Source: Antedon mediterranea | Lineage: Eukaryota > Animalia > Echinodermata | DNA: 64,000 bases | Direction of reading: 5' to 3' | NCBI RefSeq assembly: GCF_964355755.1 | Contig: NC_092679.1 | Coordinates: 23,543,432 to 23,607,431, forward strand | Shown: one piece after another, positions 1 to 13,865 of the stretch | Layout of the letters: the number at the start of each line of letters is the position of its first letter | How positions within the stretch are numbered: the first letter of the stretch is position 1 | Notes under the pieces: model-generated | The model's database searches: none | Seen by the model: the letters and a program-made list of their open reading frames with translations, nothing else | Told to the model about the DNA's origin: nothing | Program-made: the position numbers and the translations under genes

Positions 1-2
1 AG

Positions 3-3000
3 TGAATGGCTATAAAGACAGCCCTCAGACACCGGATGACGAGGATGATCAGAAGTTCCTAAAAAAGAATTACATATTCAAAGAGAAAGCATTGTTTGGG
101 AAGTGTATGGAGCAACTTGAAGCCCAATTTGAAGCCCAATTCGCCAGTGAGTTAGATTTCCCTGGAAGACTGAGCTTGTCATCAAAGTTCTTGTCAAAAG
201 CTCAACACAGTAATATAAGGTATGATAATGTTTATTGTATAGCGCCATTCGAATGGCACTGTCAAAAACACAAGTGTGTTTTGATAAGTGACTTGAAGCT
301 GTCCAGAGCCTAGCTCCAACAATCCTATTTTCCATAAAATCATTTCTAATCTAAAGTTTTACAATATACAAATAATAAAATATTTGTATAATTTATTCAT
401 AGAGGACGGATTGAACCTGTTTCCATCAACTTTCACATACCAGTAAGCACAGGCGAGGTATGTATAACTAATATAAATTACTATTATATGGTATTATACA
501 GAAACGTAATATAATGTTCTACATTTTGTTTTAAGCACATTTTGTTTTACTAATATGAAACAATGTAAGGTCAGCACAACTGTACATAAGTAAACACTGT
601 TAAACCAGAAGAACTACTGACACTCCAGCAAAACAACCATCCCACACGTTTTTATATTCATGCAATGGAATAAATAATATGATTTAGTTCATTTGTGGGA
701 GGCCCTGTTTCATGTTCTGGCTGTTATTTATTATGTTTGTGTATTTATTATTTTGTTACTGTTTAAGACAAATAAATGAAATGATATGAAAAAAAAACAC
801 GTTCTATTTTCACCTCATGAAAATAATTGTACCCTTGCACTTATAAACATGCATTATTTGTATATATTGTAAGCTAGTGGGAACCATGTGCAGTGCTTTA
901 ATGCGTGTTGATGTTACAGAAAAAAGACTTTTTTAATAAGTATATGCTATTCTGGGGCATGTCTTGTCATCCTGTAGATGGTAGGCTTGGGAAGAGCTGC
1001 TGTATGGAATTTTTTGTAAAATTAGTACAGTATAATAGAAGGTTTATGTTATTCATTTTGTCTGCATCATAATTGTTGTGTGATGTATTAGTACCTACAG
1101 CGAAGAAAGGAAGAAATGGCGCGGGCCGTTGACGAGACTAGGAAACGTCTACAAGCCGTAAGTGGTGCCACACAATTCACACATATTGGACCTAATATTC
1201 CCTGCGATGCTTTGTTTATATCTTGTTGCTAGGCTTTTTGTGTGATGTCATTTTTGTACATTGGTGTGGTTATAAATAGTATGAAAAGAAAAGAGATCCA
1301 ACCTTTGTTGAATTTGTATGTAAATTGTTCACATTTTTACTAGTAATAGGAAAACTTATTTAGTATTCCTATAGTGCTGGGGTTAAGTCATGACTCAGTA
1401 CCTTGATATTTCAAGTTGCCCCTGTCATTCTCAAAACCTTTTGATTACACTTTTTTTTTTCAAAATTTCCACCCACTCATGATTTTACTTTAGGGTAAAA
1501 AACCATTAAAAGGACATGTTCAGAACCCAACAAAATTTCACCTGAATGTTTGCTATCATGAGTGTCCACTTAAGCTTGGTTACCAAAGGACGAAAGCACA
1601 GTGACAAGCGATGGTTCAAATAATTCATCGCTTGGATCGGTAAATGAGTTGCGCTTACGTCCTTTAATAGGGTGTTTTACAAGGAGTGTTCTACTGTATT
1701 GCATATATGTCATATAAATTCAACATGTGGTTATTCTTTTTTCATTACTCTGCTGGTCTTTGAATGTTTACTGTAGTCTTAGAGATTGATCTGGTAGTTT
1801 TTACAAATCATATAAACAGCAAGAAAAACATTCATTTATTGTTTATTACAGTATGATTGATGCATGGTGTCCTAATTCTGAGTGATCAAGTATTCTTTAT
1901 TAAAATTGTTTATAAGAGTGCTCTAACAAACACATCACCGTTTCATAATTATTAATATTTTTATTTTAATATTTTTGTTTATTCAATAATATGATTAATT
2001 TGGATTTTAATGAATTATTATTTTTGTTATTAACTCTCTAACACATTCCATATTCCATGCATGATGTTTGTCATATGTTTGAATTATATTCAAACCAATT
2101 CTATAGTATATTCCAGTATATTCACATTCTTCACTGAGGAAACTGCAAAACATTTCCACACTAAAAATATAAAACAAAATCATATATTATTAATATTTTG
2201 CTTTTTATTATTATTATTAATATTATTTACACTTACTAAAAAATATTTATATTTATTTTCCACATTTTTACTAAACAATTGTTATTTCCACTTACAACAC
2301 AATGGTATGAAATATTTTATTTTGTTTTGATATTTTCACATGCAAGAGCATTTTTGCTTGTGTGAAATAATAAATATTATTTCTATATTGTTTTGTCTTT
2401 TTGTAAATTTTGAAGTGTAACAATAAATTAAAAGAATGAAGAATGTAATAGAAAGCGAAGGACATGTGTCATATGAATATTTTTGTTATATTTTTTATTT
2501 GAATCCCACTTTTTGTTTATAATTATTAACATAGAATGTGTTCTTAAAGAACTAAGTATTCGGTCTCTAAGTTTAGGCAAAACATCTAAATTAATTTAAC
2601 TCTCTGATCTAAAAGTTAACTGTATGTTATAGTAGTATAAACATCAATAGATATAGTATGGTAATTAATGCAAAGTAACATAGTAATATTGTTTACAGCA
2701 GTTAATCAATATATAGTATTCATTGCTGTTATAACTATTAATTTTATAGTTGATCTCCAATTAAAATTAATCTTTAATTTTTGTAGAAGCTACAACTCTG
2801 TGATTGTTGAATACAATATAATTTGCTTTTGTAGAATTTACAAATTACAAAAGTTCCTTCTTCACTCCCTATTAGCAACACATTTGTTTTTAAAACACTG
2901 ACTCCCTGTTGAATGATTCATATTCAAGATTTTCACTTTTTGCTTTATTTTAAAACAATTATATCTAATCATTTGTGATTCTTCCTGTAAACTCTGTTCA

Positions 3001-6000
3001 TCCAGCAGACTTTCTTAAAGGCTTACATTTCTAAAAAATAAATAAAATCTTCTGAATAAATTACTCCTTTCTTTTGCAATTTCATTCATAAGAACCTTAT
3101 TAGAAAAACTGAGTTAATATCATAGGTGTGATCATTGTTTAACTTCTGCCGTACCTTGACTGATTAAGGATGATGCCATATTGGTTGGATTGAGAGCTGG
3201 ATCGTGTTGAAGTTCACTCTCTAGTAATATAATACATCATATTTTTGGTTTTTAAATTATATTTTTGTCAATAAAACCTATTACAATTTGTTTACAGCTT
3301 GGATGGAATTCTACAAAGAAACCAGATGTTGTATGGGACGCTGGACTCAAAAGAGTCGGCGATAATTTAAAAGATACAGATTCTATCAAAAAACTTAAAA
3401 ATGTCTCACCAAGCAATAACAAAAAGATCATAAATAACAGTACTATCACACAAGAGAATACCAATGGAAGAGTGTTGCAAGAAAGAGGCTGCCATCGTGA
3501 TGTCACACCAGACCACCGGAGAAACTTGTCTGATTCATCCACAACCACTGAGGAGGATTCGCCGCCTTTGAACGACACTGAGAAAGAGAACTTCAAAAAT
3601 AGATATGAGAAAAAAAAAGTATCTAATACAAGTAAGAACAGAATGGATAGATTGAAAGCTAGAAGAGGAAGTAAAGGAACAGGTGATATGAAGAAAGCAC
3701 AATCTATGACTGACCTTAGGTCACCGGAAGGTAAGTAAAATATTTTTTGGATAGTGTTGATAATTCTTTAGTAGTATAGCTCTGTCTACACTATCAAACT
3801 AGTTTGACAAAAAAAGTACGATGTACCTAAATATGGTAGTGATATGTCCAAATATGATAGTGATATGACATCATGTCCATATATGGGCACAACACATTTT
3901 TTTGTATTCACATAAAGTTCAATAGTGTAGACAGAGCTTAAGCAATAAAGGCAGTACTGCCGATACCTCTTGAACACTACTCTTAACATTCTACCACTGC
4001 TCTACAACTACCAAGACACTTATGTTGCTGCTTATTAACACTACTAACTACTACAGTATGAATTATGGTGCTACTTTACTACAGTAATACTTGTGACTTT
4101 CATTACCACTTCTACTATACTACTTCTAACATTCTACTACTATTGAATACTGTACAAATACTGAGACACTTATGCTGCTACCTACTAACTAACACTACTA
4201 ACTAAAAAATGAATTATATATGGTGCTACTTTAATACTACTACTAACATTCTACTACTGTTACGACTGCTCTACAACTTCTGAGACACTATGCTGCTGCT
4301 TACTAATACTACTAACTACTACTATGAATTATAGTGCTACTTTAATACTACAGTAATACTGGTGACTACCATTTCTACTAACTACTTCTAACATTCTACC
4401 ACTGTTAATACTAATAAATATTCTACAACTACCGATGCTGCTGTCTACTAACACTACTAACTATACTACTATGATTTCTGATGGTAATCTACAGCTACTG
4501 AACATACTAGTACTGATGATTTCCGATTACTACTCTCATTTCTACTACTAATGCTGCTACTCTACAGTACTACAAATTATACAGTTGCTATTAATACAGT
4601 CAACTCTCCAAGTCCAAAAAACACATTGGGAATACCAGAATAAAAAAAAACCAAAAACAGATATGTTAGACCAGAGCATGGATAAATACTATTTCTTCAT
4701 GACCAGACCAATGGTTTCCGGTATTTGGAGAGTTTACTGTGTAGTACATCTATATTCTATACTACACTATACGAATGCTAATACTGTTCAACTACTGTGT
4801 CTTACACTACTACTAACATTACTACCACTTCTACTATGAACACTGTACTACTTCTAAACTACTACTAGTACTGCTACTACCATTACAACTTCTGTAGCTG
4901 ATGATACTACTGCCAATACAATGACACTGGTTTTCCACTGGTACCATTACAAAATTATTTTGTACCTTTTTTCATAGACATAGAGGACGATGGCAACTCA
5001 AAATCTCCATCCAAAAAGTTAGTCCAGCGATATCGTACACGTAGTCACAGCCGAGACCGTAAACAAATTGATGATCAGTCAACTACGAAGCTTAAACGTC
5101 GTGCACGGTCTGAACAGAACTTGCAGGCAACCCCGTCCAGACCAAAACGATCGTATGAAGCTGGAACAATGAGCTCGATGGCAAAGAAGACCTCAAAAAC
5201 ACCGCCTCAGTCGCCAACGTCAAAGATTGCAAAAGGAAAATCACTTGAGAACTTGTCTTCACGAAGACAAAGTGATCCTAAAATCGATCCTAAAAATCTT
5301 TCTGGAAAAAATAATTCTTCATATTACAAATCAACAGATAGTTTATCGACTTTAAATAAGAAAATTCCACAAACTGATAATGAATCCAAATTTTTACGGA
5401 GAAGGAGTAGAAGCGTCTCAGAAGAAGACAAGACATTAGACATGAACTCTAAACCTTTGAACTCTGAACCTTTGAATTCTGAAGTACCAGCGGATACTTC
5501 TAACCGTCCAGAATCACCAAGATCAACCCCACTGCCGCGAGAAAAAAGTAGAAGCCCACCACACATGCGTAGCCGGTCTTCTCCGGCCACGGGAGAAAGA
5601 AAACAAGAAAAGCGAGCAAGTGACTATGCAAATAATAATGGTAGTAGCGATGACAACTCAACCAAAGATTCTTTAGATAAGAAAATGATGCCGCCTCCAG
5701 ACACAAACACGATCATCAAGAATAAAGTAGGAACAGCGCCGGGTAACATGCATTCCACCAAAGTTAGTCCTGAACGTCTTGATAGGATAACAAAGCATAA
5801 AGTAGCCAGTCGTATTTTAAATAAGAATGCATCGATTCGTGTATCGGAAATTCCAAGTGACATTTCTAATGTGAATGACTCTATAGAAAGCAATTCTATA
5901 AATGAACTTCCAAAGACAATTAGCAATAATGTTAATAAGCAAGAAACTGAAATGACAACAATTACACCGCTTGAAACAAAACAAGGTAATCTATTTTAAA

Positions 6001-6992
6001 TTAGCGAGATCAAGAATTTTTATTTTTTAGCTTTCAAAGTTGATTTCAATTTGTATAAAGAAGTAAAAGAATAATAAACGATTAAGACAAATACACATTT
6101 TTCTTTTGTAGATGAAATTAGCATCAACGACTTCTCGGAGTCTATCAATGAAATGAAGTCTGCATTTTCCAAATGTTTGGAAATGTTTAAAACGGTAAAT
6201 TTTTATACTTTTAACAATAAATCCTTGAAATACTGTACTTCTTTTTGGACAAAAGATTAATAGTATTGAGGCTGTTGGGTTTTGTTATGCTTTTAATGCA
6301 GATAGGTGTACTGTATAAGTTGATAAATCCAAAGGCAAATTACTGAAAAAATGACCATGCCTTTTAAATTACTGAAAAAATTACCATGCCTTGGCTGGAT
6401 CTTAACGGAGATACCAGAAAGTACAGTAAGTCAGAAACAGCCAGAAATAAATACACCAGATAACCCTTCCTCATTGCAGATGTAACTTAATAATCAATTT
6501 CTTCATCTAGTTTTCCTCCTTGGCACAGTAAACCATTGAAAAGTTCTTGGCATGCTTAACATGTTAAATCCATCTATTATTTATTTTGTTATTCAGGTTC
6601 AAAGTTCGTCCACTTCAGTTGGTGAAAATGATCGCCAATCAATGGTTGACATGTTCTCTTCCACCTTTCAAACAATGGACCAATCAGCCAAAGACGCTCT
6701 TCCATCTTTACGTTCATCCCCACGTCCGGTCAGACACGGTAACAATTCTCCCACTCCGTTTTCCATCACAAACTTTGAGTCTTTCAAACCTACCAATCAG
6801 CACTCTAAACTTAATGGTGGTGGTGACCTGGAGTCGGCTGGAACGTACTCTTTGTTAGAACAGTACTCATCAATGTTAGTGAATATGGTACAAAATAAAC
6901 TGACGGCAAGTGAAAAGAAGCAATCGTTAATAGATGATACGGACAGTAGCAGTGCAGAGGATACAACCACCGACAAAGTCTGTTATGTTTAA
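3..6992 (+). CDS. MAPKBP1: MAPKBP1/WDR62-like protein, C-terminal part (gene starts upstream of the window)
   Basis: Phase-compatible GT-AG exons 3-219, 403-457, 1092(or 1101)-1157, 3298-3730, 4978-5985, 6112-6194 and 6597-6992 (TAA). The product is Ser/Lys-rich and low complexity, with DQKFLKKNY, RLSLSSKFLS and a C-terminal LLEQYSSMLVNMVQNKL that matches the LLEQYSELL..V loop-helix end of MAPKBP1/WDR62. The WD40 region is not in the window. Confidence 0.75.
3777..3941. mobile_element. MITE with terminal inverted repeats (GCTCTGTCTACACTA...TAGTGTAGACAGAGC)
   Basis: TIRs are visible at both ends. Related copies lie at about 41078-41214 and 63780-63902. The TAA/TTA-like flanks of those copies suggest the PIF/Harbinger type (inference). 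Confidence 0.75.
3975..4920. repeat. Degenerate (CTA)n/(ACT)n low-complexity intronic repeat
   Basis: Dense ctactacta runs with recurring sub-units such as gacacttatgctgct and atgaattat..tgctacttt. Confidence 0.7.
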
Positions 6993-7431
6993 TAAATAGA
7001 GGAGAGACAGCTAGTAGTTAACCTTCCATTCAAGAGTCTTGGGTTCAAATCCTTCCAGATGATACGGACAGTAGCAGTGCAGAGGATACAACCACCAACA
7101 AAGTCTGTTATGTTTAATAAATAGAGGAGAGACAGCTAGTAGTTAACCTTCCATTCAAGAGTCTGGGGTTCAAATCCTTCCAGATGATACGGACAGTAGC
7201 AGTGCAGAGGATACAACCACCGACAAAGTCTGTTATGTTTAATAAATAGAGGAGAGACAGCTAGTAGTTAACCTTTCATTCAAGAGTCTGGGGTTCAAAT
7301 CCTTCCAGATGATACAGACAGTAGCAGTGCAGAGGATACAACCACCGACAAAGTCTGTTATGTTTAATAAATAGACGAGAGACAGCTAGTAGTTAACCTT
7401 TCATTCAAGAGTCTGGGGTTTAAATCCTTCC
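6932..7431 (+). repeat. Four tandem copies of a 125-bp unit spanning the MAPKBP1-like stop codon
   Basis: Units start at 6932, 7057, 7182 and 7307 (agatgatac...ccttcc) and are near identical. Confidence 0.95.
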
Positions 7432-10400
7432 AAAGTACCGAAGATCTTTTAGGTAATCTGTGTTTTTTTATATTTTATTGTTTATTTTCAGGAAAAAATA
7501 ACAAAAATAATAATAATAATAATAGTAATGCTCTTTAAATATGCACAAGAGGATATTATTATTATTATTTACTTTTGGCAGGAACAAAATGTAATTCGAT
7601 AAATTTCTGCTAGATTTCAACATTAATATTACTTTTCTTCAGTACTTTAATGATATTATTTATAAAGGAACGTTGCTTTTAAGTACAGTATTCGTAACCT
7701 CACAAATCAAGAAAAAGTTTGTATTTTGATCAGGAATAATTTTGTATTATTTTTTATGAGCACAAAGATCCAGATTGTGAATAGTTGTGTGAACACGCAA
7801 GTAGTCTGGAAAATGTTTTAGTGATAATGTTCATGTTAACATGTTAAATACATTGATTTTATATTTCAGGAAAACTATGGACAGATTAATTTATCGTTTC
7901 TGATTAAATTTGTACTTCAATGCATATCTTAATGTCTATGCAGTGTGCGTAATGTAGTACAACTCCTCCACACAAATTTGATCTTTAGACATTGAATATG
8001 AATTTGATCTTTCCTTTTGATTTCCTATTTAAAAATCAAGACACCACCAGATTCTTTGTGTTTGCCCAGAATCATAGGAATATTTGGTATACAGCATCTC
8101 ATTTGAATCACATGTATTGCCTGCCTGTATCATGTAAGGTTAAGGTTGGGGTCATGGTATATGATACTAGGTCATACATGTCAAACACATGTGATGCTGT
8201 ATTATGGAATATTCCTATGATACTGGAGAAATCCAGAATCTGGCACTGAGAATCTGGTGTACATTCTGTATCATAAATGTTCTTAAACAGAACATTTCTT
8301 GTTGTTTTTTCGTCCAGTTTTTATGTACTAAAGTCCACCAAATCTCCACCTTTTTTGTAAAGATGCTATTGCTAATTAGATTTTGATATTAAGGTTTTTA
8401 TACAGAGTCGTAATTCGTGCACGTTTTTATAGAATTGAGTTTGATTTATATAGAAAATGGAAAACAATTTAAAAGTTAAATGAATTATAATCATTTATTG
8501 AGTTCTGTAAGTTGCAATTTAGATATTTCCTACCATTGTAGGAATAGCTATGATATAATAATATTGCTACTACCTTGATAAGCAGTAATAAAGAATATAT
8601 CGCTATTTATTTCATTCATAAAATCTTATCAAATACAATATCATGACATTACACAAAAGATACATGTGCACTTGTTATATTAAATAATGTTTCTACTAAA
8701 CTTATTGATCACTAATATAAATTCTGATTCACAATTTCAAATACGGTTCTCTTGACGTCATTTCGAGTGAAGAATAATAATTAAGATGATGTAAACAAAA
8801 TGAAGTGTTATTTTTAACATGGAGGTACCTCTAGAATTGTTTGTAGCTCTTCAATTCACATTTAATAGTTTTTTGGAGGGATCATGTCAAAAATATACTA
8901 CTGCAGTAACTAGCTATATGTTTTACTGCAGTAAAGTTATGCCTTTATTTTTGTTTCAGGGTAGTTGATAAGTCACATGACCATAAACAAAATGTAGTTT
9001 ACTGCAGAAACTGATGTTACTGCAGCACAGTGGAATATTAATTTTGACATTGTACCTTTCTAATCAGAATATTATCGATTCAGAGCATATTCACTGAGTC
9101 CAGAGCTGTATAATATTTTGGCAATTAGTTTAAATCGATTCTAGTGTGAGTAGATCTGATTGGTCAAGACACTCCACTTGACTATCTTGTCACCAACAAG
9201 CGAGTGGTAGATATTACAAATAAACTTCCAGCACTGATGTTCTGTTGTAAAGGACATCCCTTGCGGGTGGTAAAGTTCACAATTATTCTATTTTTTTATG
9301 ACAAACAATTGCCAATATTTATACGGCTCTGACTAGAAATTTCCACTGCATTATTTATCACTAATTATTAACCATGCAAAAACATGTTTTTGTTTGATTT
9401 ATTCTTTAAAACAATGGGTAATAATTATGATACAGCACAAATGTTACTGTTGTGAATTGTTTCAACTGTTAGAGCACTGCTGCCAATTTGGCAGTTTGTG
9501 CGCTTTATATTCTTTATTTTGGGAGGGAAGAATGAGGATAAAGGGAGGACGGGTGGGATTAAGGTTGAATGTTAAAACATAATATGTAAATACCCATTAG
9601 TTTGTAAACTGTTTAACGACTAGATCGCGTGTCTTCACATTGCGTTTGATGTCATCCCTGTATTATATTTTAATGAGTGAAACTCAAGTGTGTATATTTC
9701 AGTGACATTTAGGTCAATTAGCTAAACTTCCATTTTTAAATAAAATTAATGTCGTATTGTTAAGAATGTATTCATAATATGACACCAAATCTCCGACTCC
9801 GTCGATATTGCTCGTCTTCTTGCCGAGAATAAAACGCTTTGAATTCAATGTATTGTACTAAAATTCAAATAAACACGTCTTCCAAAAATGATTTTGTTGT
9901 CTTTGTCGTCTTCGTAGAATCGATAATTAACAAAATTATCTAATTGTTTTTTGTCACACACTTTTGTTCACAATACTCTTTTTTCCAACAGGCATACTAT
10001 GTTTACTGCACTGGTATTATTGTTTAAATATTTGTGTTTTTTTTTTTAAATGTAGGCCTATTTTAGTTGCTTTTATATAAAAAAAGGTGTTTTGCTTATT
10101 TGTTATTTCAAACGTTCTTTCGTTCATGCACTTAAAAGTATTTATCTCTCACCGTTCATTTGTTTTATTAAATTCATTATCTATTTATTCATTCATTTGC
10201 TCATTCATCATTTCATTTATCTTAAACATCAGCAAAAAAAATACAGTAAAAAGTAAATCAAATCGAATTAGTTTCCCGTTAAAAAACAAAAGAAACAAAA
10301 AAAATATGAAACATTAGGCCTAAATATATTCCAAGTTTATGATAAAATAATATGTATCTCAAACTTGTATATAGATTTAAGCAAATGTAATACTGTACCT

Positions 10401-10479
10401 ATTTGTACGTACCTATTCAGGTAATATGCGGTACTCCATTCAGTGGCTAATTCAATCTTCTGTCCATTCATTTATTAAT

Positions 10480-11180
10480 TATCCGTACATTTAATTTCTT
10501 ATTCAATATTCAGTCCATTCAGTGACTTATTCAATATTCAGTCCATTCAGTGACTTATTCAATATTCAGTCCATTCAGTGACTTATTCAATATTCAGTCC
10601 ATTCAGTGACTTATTCAATATTCAGTCTATTCAGTGACTATTCAATATTCAGTCCATTTAGTGACTTATTCAATATTCAGTCCATTCAGTGACTTATTCA
10701 ATATTCAGTCTATTCAGTGACTTATTCAATTTTCAGTCCATTCAGTGACTTTCAATATTCAATCCATTCAGTGACTTATTCAATATTCAGTCCATTCAGT
10801 GACTTATTCAATATTCAGTCTATCCAGTGATTTATTCAATATTCAGTCCATTCAGTGACTTATTCAACATTCAGTCAATTCAGTGACTTATTCAATATTC
10901 AGTCCATTCAGTGACTTATTCAATATTCAGTCTATTCAGTGACTTTTTCAATATTCAGTCTAGTGACTTATTCAATGGTCAGTCCATTCAGTGACTTATT
11001 CAATATTCAGTCCATTCAGTGACTTTTTCAATATTCAGTCCATTCAGTGACTTATTCAATATTCAGTCCATTCAGTGACTTATTCAATATTCAGTCCATT
11101 CAGTGACTTATTCAATATTCAGTCCATTTAGTGACTTATTCAATATTCAGTCCATTCAGTGTCTTATTCTATTATTCAGT
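10480..11180. repeat. 28-bp minisatellite (acttattcaatattcagtccattcagtg)n, about 24 copies
   Basis: Direct reading of tandem units with occasional substitutions and short deletions. Confidence 0.95.
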
Positions 11181-11186
11181 TGCAGT

Positions 11187-11495
11187 TTTACCAAAGTCAT
11201 TGGTTATGTAGTCGATCGCGTGTTTGTTTTTCTGTTTGTTAGCCGGATTACTCAAAAAGTTATTGCCAGATCTTTAACAAATTAAAACCACAGATAGATA
11301 TTTGATCAACGACCACTCCAAATTTGTGGAGGCAATCCGGTTCATGGTCCCAATTCTGGACCACTTTTTATTATTATGTTCATACCAGCTAGTTTTTTTT
11401 ATAAGATAATAGGAGATAATTTTAAGAAATCTTTTTATGATGGAGAATTTTACAGTAGGCTGGGGTGGTATGCCCCTTCGGAGTGTCGTTTTAGT
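11187..11495 (+). mobile_element. Probable non-autonomous Helentron/DINE-1-like element
   Basis: The 5' part ggttatgt..tgtttgtt..ctgtttgttagccggattactcaaaaagttat and the 3' end ggtggtatgccccttcggagtgtcgttttagtt resemble the typical HINE layout. Recognised by pattern only. Confidence 0.5.
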
Positions 11496-11828
11496 TCTGG
11501 ATGTTACCGTGAACAAATGTCCATAATCCTACAATAAACGTTTGCAAATTTCGAGTCCTGCACACTCTATTCAAATAAATGGGACATTTGCCATGATTTA
11601 TTTTATTAAGAAAAGTGAAATTGAAACTTAATTTATTAATACGTATAATGTTTGTATAATGATGTATGTGTGTATAACTACTTTTGAATTGCCTTTTTTT
11701 TACCTTCATCACTAATAACACACCTTTTAAGGTAATGGATATGCAGCTTTATAATATGTTTTAATAACGTATTGTAGGTCTATAAGGTACAGCGATCTTA
11801 AAATTAGTACTTTACAACGCCCAGTACG

Positions 11829-12947
11829 ATGTATTGTAAATTAGGAGAAAGCTATCTTTTAGCTTACACTATCATTTTGATGCTGAAATGCGTGTCGGGC
11901 TTCGATCTCGGTATTTTGTACGAGCCAAAAGATAAGACTATTTTGGAAGGAAGAACAGCTAAATTCCTATGCGTGTTTTCAGACTGGACGCAAGGTTTAA
12001 CATGCCATTGGAAACATAACGACAATACGCTAACTCATGAGAGATGTCTGATTGACTTCAATGAAAAGCATGATTCATGCTTACTTAGCATATCAGAAGT
12101 TACTTTATTAGATGCTGGAGAGTATAGCTGCCATGTTGTTAATAGCTCAGACGTCGTTCTCAAATTATCTGCTATTGCTACACTCAGTGTTGTTGTCTTT
12201 CCAACACCTACTTGTCAATTGAATGAAGAATCTTACATTGTTGGAGATTTGCTTATTTGGAACTGTATCGTAGGGATTGTAGAAGAGATTTTTGCTAACT
12301 CTTCAACACTACAATGGAATATAGTTCCCAGAAATATTTCGGCAGTAAAACCAAAATTAAGCAATAATATCACCCATTTGATACTAACAAATGAATTTTT
12401 AGTCAAAGAAGATTTCAATGAATTACACATTTATTGTATGTTGAAAGGCACAAAACCTCGTCTTAAAGATGTTAAACGAGCGTATTGCAAAACCGTAATG
12501 ATAAAAGTTCAAATAAATGTCACAATTTCCACATCTGACAATTCTGAAGCTGGAGATGCAGTTGTCTTTCAATGCAAGACCGGACATTACTGTCCAAAAT
12601 GTAAATACAAATGGACTATGAACAATACAAATTTACTGGTCAATAGCTCGTACTTTAACTTGACCATCACTGATGACATGGTTGACAGTGTGCTTGTATG
12701 TCATGTGACATCTTCGTATGATGTGTATGGATCAGAGTCATATGTCATACAAGTTGATAACACCAATTCTGAACATAATGAGACAGCAGCCGAAATAGAC
12801 CACCAGCATACCAAGACGAGCCATATTTTATTTTATATTATATTTGTACCTATTAGAGGTGTGTTTGTCTTAATGTTTATAGTTGGAGTAGTTATCTGCA
12901 AAAAGACCAATAATGCAGCAAGATACCCAGTTGAAACTTGTAGATGA
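11829..12947 (+). CDS. Intronless type I membrane protein with about 3 Ig-like domains
   Basis: 372-aa ORF with a signal peptide (YLLAYTIILMLKCVSG). Ig motifs include EGRTAKFLC...W...LSISEVTLLDAGEYSC, GDLLIWNC...LQW...IYC and GDAVVFQC...YKW...LVCHV. There is a TM segment ILFYIIFVPIRGVFVLMFIVGVVIC and a short tail. Confidence 0.85.
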   Translation: MYCKLGESYLLAYTIILMLKCVSGFDLGILYEPKDKTILEGRTAKFLCVFSDWTQGLTCHWKHNDNTLTHERCLIDFNEKHDSCLLSISEVTLLDAGEYSCHVVNSSDVVLKLSAIATLSVVVFPTPTCQLNEESYIVGDLLIWNCIVGIVEEIFANSSTLQWNIVPRNISAVKPKLSNNITHLILTNEFLVKEDFNELHIYCMLKGTKPRLKDVKRAYCKTVMIKVQINVTISTSDNSEAGDAVVFQCKTGHYCPKCKYKWTMNNTNLLVNSSYFNLTITDDMVDSVLVCHVTSSYDVYGSESYVIQVDNTNSEHNETAAEIDHQHTKTSHILFYIIFVPIRGVFVLMFIVGVVICKKTNNAARYPVETCR

Positions 12948-13865
12948 AGACTTCACTTCGTCTACAACGGATTCGTATGAGGTTATAATTATAAACAAAC
13001 ATAACATTAATAATCCGTACACGTAGGATAACATGGTTTGCTGTCTTGTTTTTTCTTAAATAGAGCTGCTGTTGGCCGAAAATGGCACAATTTTAAATAT
13101 GACAAAATATACAAGAGTCTCCAAGACTTCAACCCCACCAAAGCTAAGCTAAGAAAATTTGAGAAAATAGAGCTGTTATTTCGTGAATTTAATGTCAGAA
13201 TTTAATTAATTTCATAAAGTCAATATAAAATCCCTATGTATGGACATTTTTCGGCCCGAACATAGTTTTTTAACACACCATGTTTAACTTTAAATGAATT
13301 GTAGATTGGCCAGGCGAGTTTTCAAGCTTTAAAAAGTATTTAAAAATTTCTACCACTCGCTACATTGTACATTTTCCATTTTCCATGAAGTAAGTAGGTA
13401 GGCAGGCGTGTAAGTGCATCTCCCCTACCTCCACAACGCTTAACCAAAGTGTCTAGATGCGGCAATTGCAGGTCCAAATTAGGGAGTATCATTACTTTGT
13501 TTTCAAAGAATTATTTTTTGAATGATTTAGGTCCGGCTGCAATATTCCACGCGATATAGAGACTGAATAATGTTATGTAGGCTTATATGAATATTAAATT
13601 AACCAATTGTAAATGGATCTGCATTAATTAATCTCCTCAATCAATAAAGCAACGTGCAATGTAACTCTCAGTCACGACAGAGGTCAGTATGTTTGGTATG
13701 TTATCTTTTTAAGGGTCTTCTTCTTGTAGGATAGGCCTACATTTCTTTCTACACAAACAAACTCAGATCTGTATGGCACTTCTTAATATCAACTACGCCT
13801 TTCGGAACATTCAATACAAAGCAAATTAGCTCGCAAAGTAGCTCGCAAAGTTCATGCGTTTCGCG

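Noticed and set aside
1494-1639. Possible extra exon of the MAPKBP1-like gene (AG...GT bounded)
   Set aside because: There are stop codons in all three frames, and exon 1157 joins 3298 cleanly (LQA|LGW).
7005-7056. tRNA gene in the 125-bp repeat
   Set aside because: A B-box is present, but the sequence is too short and lacks an acceptor stem and full cloverleaf.
10480-11180. CRISPR-like regular repeats (also 30888-31048)
   Set aside because: The units are head-to-tail with no unique spacers, the context is eukaryotic and there are no cas genes.
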